Origin: a virus | Taxonomy: Duplodnaviria; Caudoviricetes | Length of the DNA stretch: 25,238 bases | Virus record (IMG/VR): IMGVR_UViG_3300017766_001548 | Span: 1-25,238 of that record | Strand: one strand, 5' to 3' | Shown: positions 15,793 to 23,488 of the stretch, one piece after another | Position numbering within the stretch: the first letter of the stretch is position 1 | Layout of the letters: each line of letters opens with the position of its first letter | Notes under the pieces: generated by a model | What the model was told of the DNA's origin: nothing | Database searches by the model: none | The model's input: the letters and a program-made list of their open reading frames with translations, nothing else | Translations under genes and position numbers: made by a program

Positions 15793-16504
15793 GTATTAGG
15801 TGCGACATCGCTATAACGCGTTGCTCAATGCTACAAATTTAACTATTTGGGGCAGTCGGGTATAGTGTATCTAGCTATGCACGTGTGCTATTTGTACACT
15901 ATCGGCATAGTTGGGGGAAAGTGCTTAATACTATCTGTTAAGGTGGGCATTCTGGATGCTTCGCTATGCGTAAACTTATGTATGCATTTTTTGTGTCATA
16001 GGGGAAAACTATTTGTAAGGCGGTTATATGTTTCTACATCAACCCAATATCAATAAGTATGAGCATAGTTAAAGGGAGATTAATCATATTATTATGAGCC
16101 TATGTAACAGACTAACCTTTGCGGCAACGTGTCAAAACTATCATCGTTATGTGGAATTGAATGGCACGGCAGTAACTCTGTAACCGCAATAAATGACAAA
16201 TGGCTGTGGGTGAGGTGTATCCTCACACGTGGTTATTAGTGGTATTCCTCGTATTCTCATTGCTTTTACCATTTAGGGTGAACGAGGTTAAAATTCAAAT
16301 AAGCAATGTTAAGGCAGTGTTAGCCCTACCTATGTCGTGCATAGGGTAATATAACAACATATCGTGAAAGCCTTCTACACCTATCCGCGTGAGGTGTATT
16401 AGTGGATTAAGCATATGACAAGCAACAACAAACACACGCAAGTAAATAACTATTTAAAAGCGTAGGATGGTCGGAGGTGGGGTTCGACTCCCTACCCTAC
16501 GCCA
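15791..16504 (+). ncRNA. Large multi-domain structured non-coding RNA, family unassigned (~700 nt)
   Basis: No credible ORF; more than 15 nested helices, many with G-U pairs that only work on the + strand; one potential pseudoknot. Confidence 0.7.
16460..16504 (+). ncRNA. Minimal tRNA-like element 1 (acceptor-like stem plus T-arm only)
   Basis: GCGTAG/CTACGC stem stacked on GGTGGGG-TTCGACT-CCCTACC; no D or anticodon arm. Confidence 0.55.
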
Positions 16505-16520
16505 CATCAAAAGTAACAAG

Positions 16521-16616
16521 ATGAAAAACCAAGACAAAACGTACTTAGCCATTCTAATCCTACTAAGTGCAATCCTGCTGACATTATCCGGCAACAGTTC
16601 ACCGGAATGTTGGTAA
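16521..16616 (+). CDS. 31-aa hydrophobic peptide (not in ORF track)
   Basis: MKNQDKTYLAILILLSAILLTLSGNSSPECW*; A-rich start context. Confidence 0.65.
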   Translation: MKNQDKTYLAILILLSAILLTLSGNSSPECW

Positions 16617-16620
16617 CGGA

Positions 16621-16668
16621 AGCCGCCCGATAGACAGCTATCAATCCTATTCGTTATGGGAGGCGGCT
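16621..16668 (+). ncRNA. Three-way-junction / minimal tRNA-like element 2
   Basis: 7-bp AGCCGCC/GGCGGCT, arm GATAG-ACAG-CTATC, 5-bp TCCTA/TGGGA stem with 7-nt TTCGTTA loop. Confidence 0.55.
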
Positions 16669-16687
16669 CTCATCAAATTAAAACAAA

Positions 16688-16789
16688 ATGAAAAAAGAAA
16701 CAAAAGAAACCCTAGTATCTTTCGCAGTTGCATTTCTATTCTATGGTGCAATTATCTACATTAATGCGAGAGCCTGGAATCTAATCTAG
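16688..16789 (+). CDS. 33-aa single-TM peptide (not in ORF track)
   Basis: MKKETKETLVSFAVAFLFYGAIIYINARAWNLI*; start context TTAAAACAAAATG nearly identical to that of 15135. Confidence 0.7.
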   Translation: MKKETKETLVSFAVAFLFYGAIIYINARAWNLI

Positions 16790-16850
16790 TCTGTAATTTT
16801 TTAATCAATCAAATACACCGGAATGGGTGATAATCCAAACAACAAACACA

Positions 16851-17051
16851 ATGGAAAGAAAACAATCCGCAATGCTTGTCTATCGTAGCAATGGTAGAAA
16901 GCCGCTAGTCAAGAAGTCAGTAGATGAACAGCTCATCTCTAAGTACAAAGCCTTAACTGGTTCTATGCGTGAGGCTATGCAAATGTATCGTGAGTTCAAA
17001 CTTAAACTAGAAATGAGAGCCATTGGGAGGGGTTTGGTATGCGAACAATAG
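16851..17051 (+). CDS. Hypothetical protein, 66 aa
   Basis: Start moved to ATG 16851 after ACAAACACA. Confidence 0.65.
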   Translation: MERKQSAMLVYRSNGRKPLVKKSVDEQLISKYKALTGSMREAMQMYREFKLKLEMRAIGRGLVCEQ

Positions 17052-17176
17052 AATACAATGGATTCATCCTACACGAACTTCCTAACGGATGGTGGGAGGT
17101 TAGGATAGACGGTCAATTCATAAAGTTTGACAGCCTATCATATGCTAAATCTAGAATTGATTATTGGACTAAATAA
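17039..17176 (+). CDS. 45-aa hypothetical protein (not in ORF track)
   Basis: MRTIEYNGFILHELPNGWWEVRIDGQFIKFDSLSYAKSRIDYWTK*; fills the gap; typical phage beta-beta-beta-alpha pattern. Confidence 0.7.
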   Translation: MRTIEYNGFILHELPNGWWEVRIDGQFIKFDSLSYAKSRIDYWTK

Positions 17177-17187
17177 AAATTAAACAA

Positions 17188-17622
17188 ATGAAGTTTTATA
17201 TAAATCGCTCAGAAGAAATCATTTCACTTGCAGAGACAACAAGAAATGAAATAGACTCAACAAGAAAACTAATTAGAGAAGGCAAATTATTTGATGCTAT
17301 GGACAAGCTAGATGATACATTGTATAAACTTTCATGTATCATACAACACTTGACTAATCTTAAGGGTGCTGCTAATTTTGATTTGAGGACAGAAAATAAA
17401 ACAAAAGAGTATATGATTGATTTCCTTAAGAATTATATTCCCATATACGTCAACCTAAATGATGAAGACTATATCAATGTTTTAGAAATGTTCCTATACT
17501 CCGCAAACAGCAGCACAATACCATCAGAATCAGAACAGCATAGATTTTATTCTAGTATACCTGACGGATACCTACTTGAATATATAAAAGGAATAGCTGA
17601 AAAACAATTAACAAATCAATAA
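17188..17622 (+). CDS. Hypothetical protein, 144 aa
   Basis: ORF with A-rich leader. Confidence 0.75.
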   Translation: MKFYINRSEEIISLAETTRNEIDSTRKLIREGKLFDAMDKLDDTLYKLSCIIQHLTNLKGAANFDLRTENKTKEYMIDFLKNYIPIYVNLNDEDYINVLEMFLYSANSSTIPSESEQHRFYSSIPDGYLLEYIKGIAEKQLTNQ

Positions 17623-17665
17623 TAAACTCTTTGCTATATTGCAAACAAATCAACAAACACATCAC

Positions 17666-17884
17666 ATGAAAAAGAAACTCACACTCCTGGACTGCACAGT
17701 AGTCCTATCTGGCATCGCGTCATTCGTATTCTTCTTTCTTTACCTAGGCACTAGCGAGATGAAATATCTACACTCGTGGATTGTATCAGCAATGTCATGC
17801 TATTTCACTATGGCAACTGCTAAGGCAATCAGAGTAAAGAAAGAGAGTGAACGTCTTTCAAGATTCGTAAAAAGAATGAAGTAA
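17666..17884 (+). CDS. Two-TM membrane protein, 72 aa
   Basis: Start moved to ATG 17666; two hydrophobic stretches and a basic tail. Confidence 0.7.
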   Translation: MKKKLTLLDCTVVLSGIASFVFFFLYLGTSEMKYLHSWIVSAMSCYFTMATAKAIRVKKESERLSRFVKRMK

Positions 17885-17906
17885 TCTAAATCAAAAACAA
17901 ACACAT

Positions 17907-19313
17907 ATGGCAGTAGTATTCAGCACAAGCTTTCAACGAATGATGGAGTCGTTCAGGGAAAGCAATCAGCTAGCACAGTTTCTATGCTATGAACAACATT
18001 TATTGGTTGACACAGAGGTTAACTACCTTACCATGCGTGGCAGTATGATATCGTATCTGCCAAAGGGTAAGCCACACCTTGTCAACGATGACGGCAGATG
18101 GTCTAGAGAGGGTAGGCAAGAGGGTAAGCCAGGCAGGGTAATACGCAAGATTATTGATGACTCATGGTTTGAGGAAAATGATATGTTGGTAGTAACAGAT
18201 AGGATGATTGAGGAGTTCTCAAATCTATGTTCTGCTTATGTTATGGCTAATGGTGATGATGACTCACAAGCATCAGCTGTTAACTTGTATGTATGTAATG
18301 GTGAGTTCATCAAGTTATACTATGACCTTAACTATGCATCAAGCTTAGCTAGTGGTAACCTATCGGGTTCATGTATGGGATTCAAGGATAGCGACTTCTT
18401 TGATATCTATGCTTCCAATCCAAATGTATGTAGCATGGTAGTAGCACTTGATAGCGAACATAAGGTAGCCGGCAGGGCACTACTATGGAATACTAAGAGC
18501 CATGGCTACTGTATGGACACCATCTATGCATCAGAGACATTGCGACCATTGTTCATAGAGTTTGCCATCAAGAATAACATGAGATACAAAGGGCAACAGT
18601 CTTGCCACCACAACCATTTTGATATGTTGAATGGTAAAAATGTAGGCGGTTCACGTGTAGAAGTTCAGCTGTCTTATTCAGACTTTGAATACTACCCATA
18701 TGTAGATACATTGTACTACTTAGATGATAATAAGGATATATTATCAAACTATGAGCATGATGATTCTGATACATACTATTCGCTTAGGTCTACTTGTGGC
18801 GAGAGAGAGGAGATTAATAGTAGGCATACTGTATACGATGATTGGGATGATAATGATATAGATGAGGATGACTCAGTATACCTGGACTATCGCAGGCCAA
18901 ATGGGTACAGATGGTGTGGTCATACTCATATAGATAATACAGTCAACTGTAGTGGAAGTGGCAGGAATATATTACAAGAAGATGCGGTATATGTTAGTGG
19001 AAATTGGTATCTAAATGTACCTGAGTATGTAGTTGAGGACGACCACAGCGGAGACCAAATACTTACAGAGGAGTCTGTATATTGTAGATATTCTGACATT
19101 ACTACACATCAAGACTATGCGAGAGAGTTATACAATGATGAATATGAGATACCTGATAATGTTGTAGAACTACACGATGGTAGACTTGCATCAATAGAAG
19201 ATGATAATGTTGTAGAACTTATGGATGGTAGATGGTGCCTAGACCATGAAACCATATTGAACGAAAATGGTGACCTTGTACTTATATCAGAATATGAATC
19301 ACAAAATCAATAA
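17907..19313 (+). CDS. Conserved phage protein with SCM / GRALLW / YPYxDT motifs and acidic repeat C-terminus, 468 aa
   Basis: GSCMG, VAGRALLW, MDTIY, YYPYVDT; D/E-rich repeats. Confidence 0.65.
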   Translation: MAVVFSTSFQRMMESFRESNQLAQFLCYEQHLLVDTEVNYLTMRGSMISYLPKGKPHLVNDDGRWSREGRQEGKPGRVIRKIIDDSWFEENDMLVVTDRMIEEFSNLCSAYVMANGDDDSQASAVNLYVCNGEFIKLYYDLNYASSLASGNLSGSCMGFKDSDFFDIYASNPNVCSMVVALDSEHKVAGRALLWNTKSHGYCMDTIYASETLRPLFIEFAIKNNMRYKGQQSCHHNHFDMLNGKNVGGSRVEVQLSYSDFEYYPYVDTLYYLDDNKDILSNYEHDDSDTYYSLRSTCGEREEINSRHTVYDDWDDNDIDEDDSVYLDYRRPNGYRWCGHTHIDNTVNCSGSGRNILQEDAVYVSGNWYLNVPEYVVEDDHSGDQILTEESVYCRYSDITTHQDYARELYNDEYEIPDNVVELHDGRLASIEDDNVVELMDGRWCLDHETILNENGDLVLISEYESQNQ

Positions 19314-19324
19314 AAAAAATTACA

Positions 19325-20389
19325 ATGATTAACAAATTATTTCTTGAAATTCTCAACGTGCAGTCTTACTCACGAGAAACGGAACGTATGGCAGAGTATA
19401 TATTTGACCATTGCCTTTCCAACAACTACGATGTAGCTTACGAAGATGGTAATCTATATGTTACCAAAGGTATTAGCCCGGATGGTACATATCCTTGTAT
19501 CGTATCACATACTGATACTGTACACAAGATTATACCCGACCAAGACTACTATGTAGTTCATGATGATAACGTAGCCTTCGCATACAATCTATCCAAGATG
19601 GAGATGACTGGCGTAGGTGGTGATGACAAAGTCGGTATATATATCTGCCTTCGTATGCTACAAGACCTACCATATTGCAAGGCTGCTTTCTTCCGCGATG
19701 AGGAGATTGGCTGTGTAGGTAGTATGTCTGCTGACCTTGAGTTCTTCAAAGATTGTAGGTTTATACTTCAATGCGATAGGAAAGGTAACAAGGACTTTGT
19801 ATCAGACATATTCTGCACACAACTGTACAGCCAAGAGTTTAGTGAGGCTATCGCACCAATACTAGAAGACTATGGTTATAGTGAGACAAGTGGTGGTCTT
19901 ACTGATGTGTATCAACTTGCAGAGGATGGTGTAGGTATATCAGTAGCTAATATGAGTTGCGGCTACTACAATCCACATACTGATGAGGAGATGATTAACC
20001 TACACGATGTTGAGAATTGTAGGTCTATGGTATTTGAGATTATGATTAGATGTGACAAGAGATATGACCATGAGCAGATAAAGATAAAGACTACATATGG
20101 TGGTAGATATTATGATTGGTATGATGAAGATTATTACATGTATAACAAGACTGATAAGAAAGATGATAAGAAGATTGAGATTAATGGTAATACATGGGAT
20201 GGTTGGACATATGATAAAGGTAAATACAGTAAAGTGATTGACTATAAGCCTACTGGATATGAGTGTTGGTCTTGCGGGTTTGATGTACAATATGAGGAGT
20301 TAAGTCCTGAAGGTTTGTGCGATAGATGTGAGGGTTTCCATTCAGACTATTATAGTAAGCCGGTAACTAAATCTAAACACATATTCTAA
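19325..20389 (+). CDS. M28/M20-clan zinc peptidase with C-terminal Zn ribbon, 354 aa
   Basis: SHTDTV, GGDDKVG, DEEIGCVGS, CDR, LTDV, GYYNPHT; CWSC...CDRC. Confidence 0.85.
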   Translation: MINKLFLEILNVQSYSRETERMAEYIFDHCLSNNYDVAYEDGNLYVTKGISPDGTYPCIVSHTDTVHKIIPDQDYYVVHDDNVAFAYNLSKMEMTGVGGDDKVGIYICLRMLQDLPYCKAAFFRDEEIGCVGSMSADLEFFKDCRFILQCDRKGNKDFVSDIFCTQLYSQEFSEAIAPILEDYGYSETSGGLTDVYQLAEDGVGISVANMSCGYYNPHTDEEMINLHDVENCRSMVFEIMIRCDKRYDHEQIKIKTTYGGRYYDWYDEDYYMYNKTDKKDDKKIEINGNTWDGWTYDKGKYSKVIDYKPTGYECWSCGFDVQYEELSPEGLCDRCEGFHSDYYSKPVTKSKHIF

Positions 20390-20399
20390 AACAAACACT

Positions 20400-20939
20400 A
20401 TGCCAAACTGGGTAACAAATGAGCTAGTAGTCACAGGTGACACGGCTCAACTGAAAGACTTTAAGTCTAAGTTCTTTACAAAGGTAGATGGTAAGAAGCA
20501 TCCAACCTTCTCAGTAATTGTTCCAATGCCAATAGAAGAAAAAGATAATTGGTATGATTGGAACTGTAACAACTGGGGTACTAAATGGGATGCAACACAT
20601 TATCAAAAGAATCAAGTTAGTGCTGAGATTGTAGACATACAGTTTGATACTGCATGGTCACCACCAATAGAGTTCTTTAATACGTGTGCAGATATCTATG
20701 ACAAGCTACGTTTCAAATGCTACTTCATAGATGAGATGGGTAACTTCTGTGGTATGTTTGATGTTAAAGGTGATGAACATACGATAGAGTATGGTGATGT
20801 AGCATATGAAGATGCAGATGAAAAACAGATAATGTTTGTTGATGGTGAGCCTAGATATGTAGAAACAAATGCTCCCGTTGATGAAGATAACATAAGCATA
20901 TTTGATTATAACCCATTTAAAAAACTATACAATGTCTAG
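20400..20939 (+). CDS. DUF1281 / YubB ferredoxin-like domain protein, 179 aa
   Basis: MPNWVTN, WYDWNCNNWGTKWD, FDTAWSPP. Confidence 0.85.
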   Translation: MPNWVTNELVVTGDTAQLKDFKSKFFTKVDGKKHPTFSVIVPMPIEEKDNWYDWNCNNWGTKWDATHYQKNQVSAEIVDIQFDTAWSPPIEFFNTCADIYDKLRFKCYFIDEMGNFCGMFDVKGDEHTIEYGDVAYEDADEKQIMFVDGEPRYVETNAPVDEDNISIFDYNPFKKLYNV

Positions 20940-21186
20940 ACTAAACGAAGTAAGAGTATCATGTATTAATGAAGCTGAATCAGTATTGAAAGGCAAGAAG
21001 ATTGTTAAGGTTGACTACATGTACGATAAGGATGTTGAGGCTATGGGATGGTATCATAAGGCTTTAGTAATATTCCTTGATGATGGAACAATACTATTCC
21101 CTACAACAGATGATGAAGGCAATGATGCCGGTGCTATCCACTATATAACATCAACAGATAAGTCAGGTATATTACCGGTAATCTAA
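20932..21186 (+). CDS. Conserved phage hypothetical protein, 84 aa
   Basis: LKGKKIVKVDYM...LDDGT..FP..DDEGNDAGA; start moved to ATG 20932. Confidence 0.75.
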   Translation: MSRLNEVRVSCINEAESVLKGKKIVKVDYMYDKDVEAMGWYHKALVIFLDDGTILFPTTDDEGNDAGAIHYITSTDKSGILPVI

Positions 21187-21197
21187 AATATAACAAT

Positions 21198-21458
21198 ATG
21201 ATTGTAACAAACCAAGAAGCATTAAGTAAAAGAATTTTAAGCGAAGTAAATCGCGCGTATAGTCTATGTCAAGATGCTGCATCTAACGGTAGGCAATACA
21301 TATACTTTACAACTGATAGAGATATACAGAGAGATGTAAGAGATACATTAGAGAGTAAGCATAAGGTATATGTGCCTATGATAATTAGCAGATACTCTGC
21401 ATCTAGGTATGATATTGAACATAGCTCAGAAACAACTGAAATGAAGTTATCATGGTAA
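21198..21458 (+). CDS. Hypothetical protein, 86 aa
   Basis: ORF in tightly packed run with A-rich leader. Confidence 0.7.
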   Translation: MIVTNQEALSKRILSEVNRAYSLCQDAASNGRQYIYFTTDRDIQRDVRDTLESKHKVYVPMIISRYSASRYDIEHSSETTEMKLSW

Positions 21459-21484
21459 TCTAAAACAAATCAAAAACAAATAAC

Positions 21485-21781
21485 ATGAAGTACAAAGTAA
21501 CAGTCTACAAGAAAGTCCTTGCTTGGGAAAAGAATGTGTATGAAATTGATGCAGACAGTAAAGATGACGCATCAGCTGTTGGTGTTAGAATTGCTAATGC
21601 AGAGCCAATGCCGGCAACTATCATCAGCACAGAAATTATGTCAGACACAATCCGATACGAGATAGATAAGTTTGATATAGCTGACATATCATACGAGGTA
21701 GCTATTGATGGTGAGATGGTAGCCGGTGGTGGTAAGTTCTGCGACAGCAAACTACAACGTGCTATTGATAAGATTTCATAA
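21485..21781 (+). CDS. Hypothetical protein, 98 aa
   Basis: KYKVTV...YEIDADSKDDA phage small-protein pattern. Confidence 0.7.
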   Translation: MKYKVTVYKKVLAWEKNVYEIDADSKDDASAVGVRIANAEPMPATIISTEIMSDTIRYEIDKFDIADISYEVAIDGEMVAGGGKFCDSKLQRAIDKIS

Positions 21782-21798
21782 CAATCAAAACATATAAC

Positions 21799-21990
21799 AT
21801 GACTTACACAAGACAAGAGTTACAAATGTTAGAAACAATTGAACAAGCATGGGATGGTGATGAGTTAAAGATTCAAGAAGATGATTTTAAGGTTTGGTTA
21901 GTTACTAGGGAAAACAGGCCTTATAATGGAGACTATGTTGTTGAGACGCTTGCTGGTGGTAGATGGGTTCAAGAAAATAAAACATTTTAA
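21799..21990 (+). CDS. Hypothetical protein, 63 aa
   Basis: ORF with A-rich leader. Confidence 0.7.
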   Translation: MTYTRQELQMLETIEQAWDGDELKIQEDDFKVWLVTRENRPYNGDYVVETLAGGRWVQENKTF

Positions 21991-22007
21991 ATTATAAAGA
22001 AATCAAA

Positions 22008-22274
22008 ATGAAAGTAGAATTAAACTATTGGGATAGAGTAGATTACTATTCTTCACGTTCAGAAATCAAGAGGACAGAATCTATTGAGTCGGATAATGAG
22101 ATTGATATATTTGAAAGCTTTTACAAAAAGAATAATAGATTAAGGTATTGTAATGGCAGCTATTTCACATTTGTATCTTCCGAATGGGACCAAAAATACA
22201 AAGATTGGTTGAAATCAGATGACTATGAGAAAAAATCATTTAACCTTTATTATGGTAATGGAATAGTAGATTAA
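22008..22274 (+). CDS. Hypothetical aromatic-rich protein, 88 aa
   Basis: ORF with A-rich leader. Confidence 0.7.
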   Translation: MKVELNYWDRVDYYSSRSEIKRTESIESDNEIDIFESFYKKNNRLRYCNGSYFTFVSSEWDQKYKDWLKSDDYEKKSFNLYYGNGIVD

Positions 22275-22295
22275 TAAACAATCAAAACCTATATT

Positions 22296-22538
22296 ATGAA
22301 CATCAGATTAGTTAAAATAAGCACAACGGCTTATGAAGAAGAAGACTTTTTATTAGTGACATCACTTAAAGATAGCCAAATTGAGTCCATAGTGGGCCCT
22401 ATGGTAGAAGAAGAAAGAAATAGCGATGGTAGTGTATTCCATTCAAACGATGACTTATGGTGGTCGCTTAAAGATGCATATCCAAATGATTTCATATCTG
22501 TTTATACTGATGAGACCATTCTCAAACTAGTATTCTAA
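22296..22538 (+). CDS. Acidic hypothetical protein, 80 aa
   Basis: ORF in packed run. Confidence 0.7.
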   Translation: MNIRLVKISTTAYEEEDFLLVTSLKDSQIESIVGPMVEEERNSDGSVFHSNDDLWWSLKDAYPNDFISVYTDETILKLVF

Positions 22539-22555
22539 ATCTAAAATCTAATAAA

Positions 22556-23011
22556 ATGGCTACAAATCAAAAGAAAATCAACTTTCCTAAAATCAAGGTA
22601 AAGGTAACAGCTACTAAGGGTGATGAAGTATTCATATCTAGTCCGGATGACCTCCCGGATATGTTGAGGATGTTATTCAATGCAGATACTATTGAGTGGA
22701 CGGAAGAGTTCTTGGTCGTATGTTTGAATAGAGCGCACAAGGTATTAGGGTATTACAAGGTAGGTGCAGGTGGATTCTCAGGTGTGGTATGCGACCCAAA
22801 GGTTGTGCTTACAATAGCATTACAATCAGCAGCATCTTCAATAATCCTGGCACATAATCATCCATCCGGAAACACCAATCCATCAGATAGCGACATATTA
22901 GTTACCGATAAGATTAAGAAAGCTTGTAGCTATTTGGATATCAATCTGTTAGACCACTTTATCATAACAAGCGACAGCCATTATTCATTCATGGAGAGAG
23001 GGAGATTGTGA
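22556..23011 (+). CDS. radC: RadC-like JAB/MPN domain protein, 151 aa
   Basis: EEFLVVCLN, IILAHNHPSGNTNPSDSD, LLDHFII. Confidence 0.9.
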   Translation: MATNQKKINFPKIKVKVTATKGDEVFISSPDDLPDMLRMLFNADTIEWTEEFLVVCLNRAHKVLGYYKVGAGGFSGVVCDPKVVLTIALQSAASSIILAHNHPSGNTNPSDSDILVTDKIKKACSYLDINLLDHFIITSDSHYSFMERGRL

Positions 23012-23082
23012 GCAATGTGCAAAAATTACAAATAATTATTAACACCTATTTCTTAATTTGCAAATCACAAAACAAAAATCAC

Positions 23083-23283
23083 ATGGAAAAGACACAAATT
23101 GTAGACAAGATGAAAGCCAAAATGTACGAAGACTTTCAAGAATTCTCTAACAATCTTCCCGATGCATACCAAGATGAATATGTAATCTCACACATAGAAG
23201 AAATTTATAAGAACGCATATTGTAGAGGTATGGATAACATGTTTAATATGATGAAGGATGAGCTACTTGCTAACTTTGCGTAA
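23083..23283 (+). CDS. Hypothetical protein, 66 aa
   Basis: Start moved to ATG 23083 after an A-rich leader. Confidence 0.65.
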   Translation: MEKTQIVDKMKAKMYEDFQEFSNNLPDAYQDEYVISHIEEIYKNAYCRGMDNMFNMMKDELLANFA

Positions 23284-23479
23284 TACTTGTGACGCATTAA
23301 TATCTAGTGGAGAGTATAATGATGTAAAGCTAGTGGCTGTACTAAACTGGAAGACAATACCTGAATCATCAAAAGAGGTAAAGTCAACAGTAATAGGCAA
23401 CACTAGGATTACTGAATATGTAAATGGAAGCACTAGGATATTGCACGTACACCCCTATGGGATATTTCAAATTTTATAA
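23258..23479 (+). CDS. Hypothetical protein, 73 aa
   Basis: Overlaps the upstream stop and fills the gap. Confidence 0.55.
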   Translation: MSYLLTLRNTCDALISSGEYNDVKLVAVLNWKTIPESSKEVKSTVIGNTRITEYVNGSTRILHVHPYGIFQIL

Positions 23480-23488
23480 TGTATATAT

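Noticed and set aside
15847-16056. 69-aa ORF inside the structured region
   Set aside because: TTG start, no A-rich leader, atypical composition, and it overlaps dense helices
16101-16120. ACAGACTAA resembling a group I intron R element
   Set aside because: No matching S element (AUAGUC) downstream and no interrupted gene; the sequence is used in the domain 2 closing helix
16460-16504. Genuine tRNA gene or tmRNA 3' end
   Set aside because: No D or anticodon arm. No GGGGC-type alanyl acceptor with G3-U70, no upstream 5' partner strand, and CCA is out of register by one nt.
17631-17645. Possible internal promoters at 17635 (TATATTG) and 23053 (TTAATTTG)
   Set aside because: Neither fits TAnnTTTG exactly; may be weak promoters but not supportable
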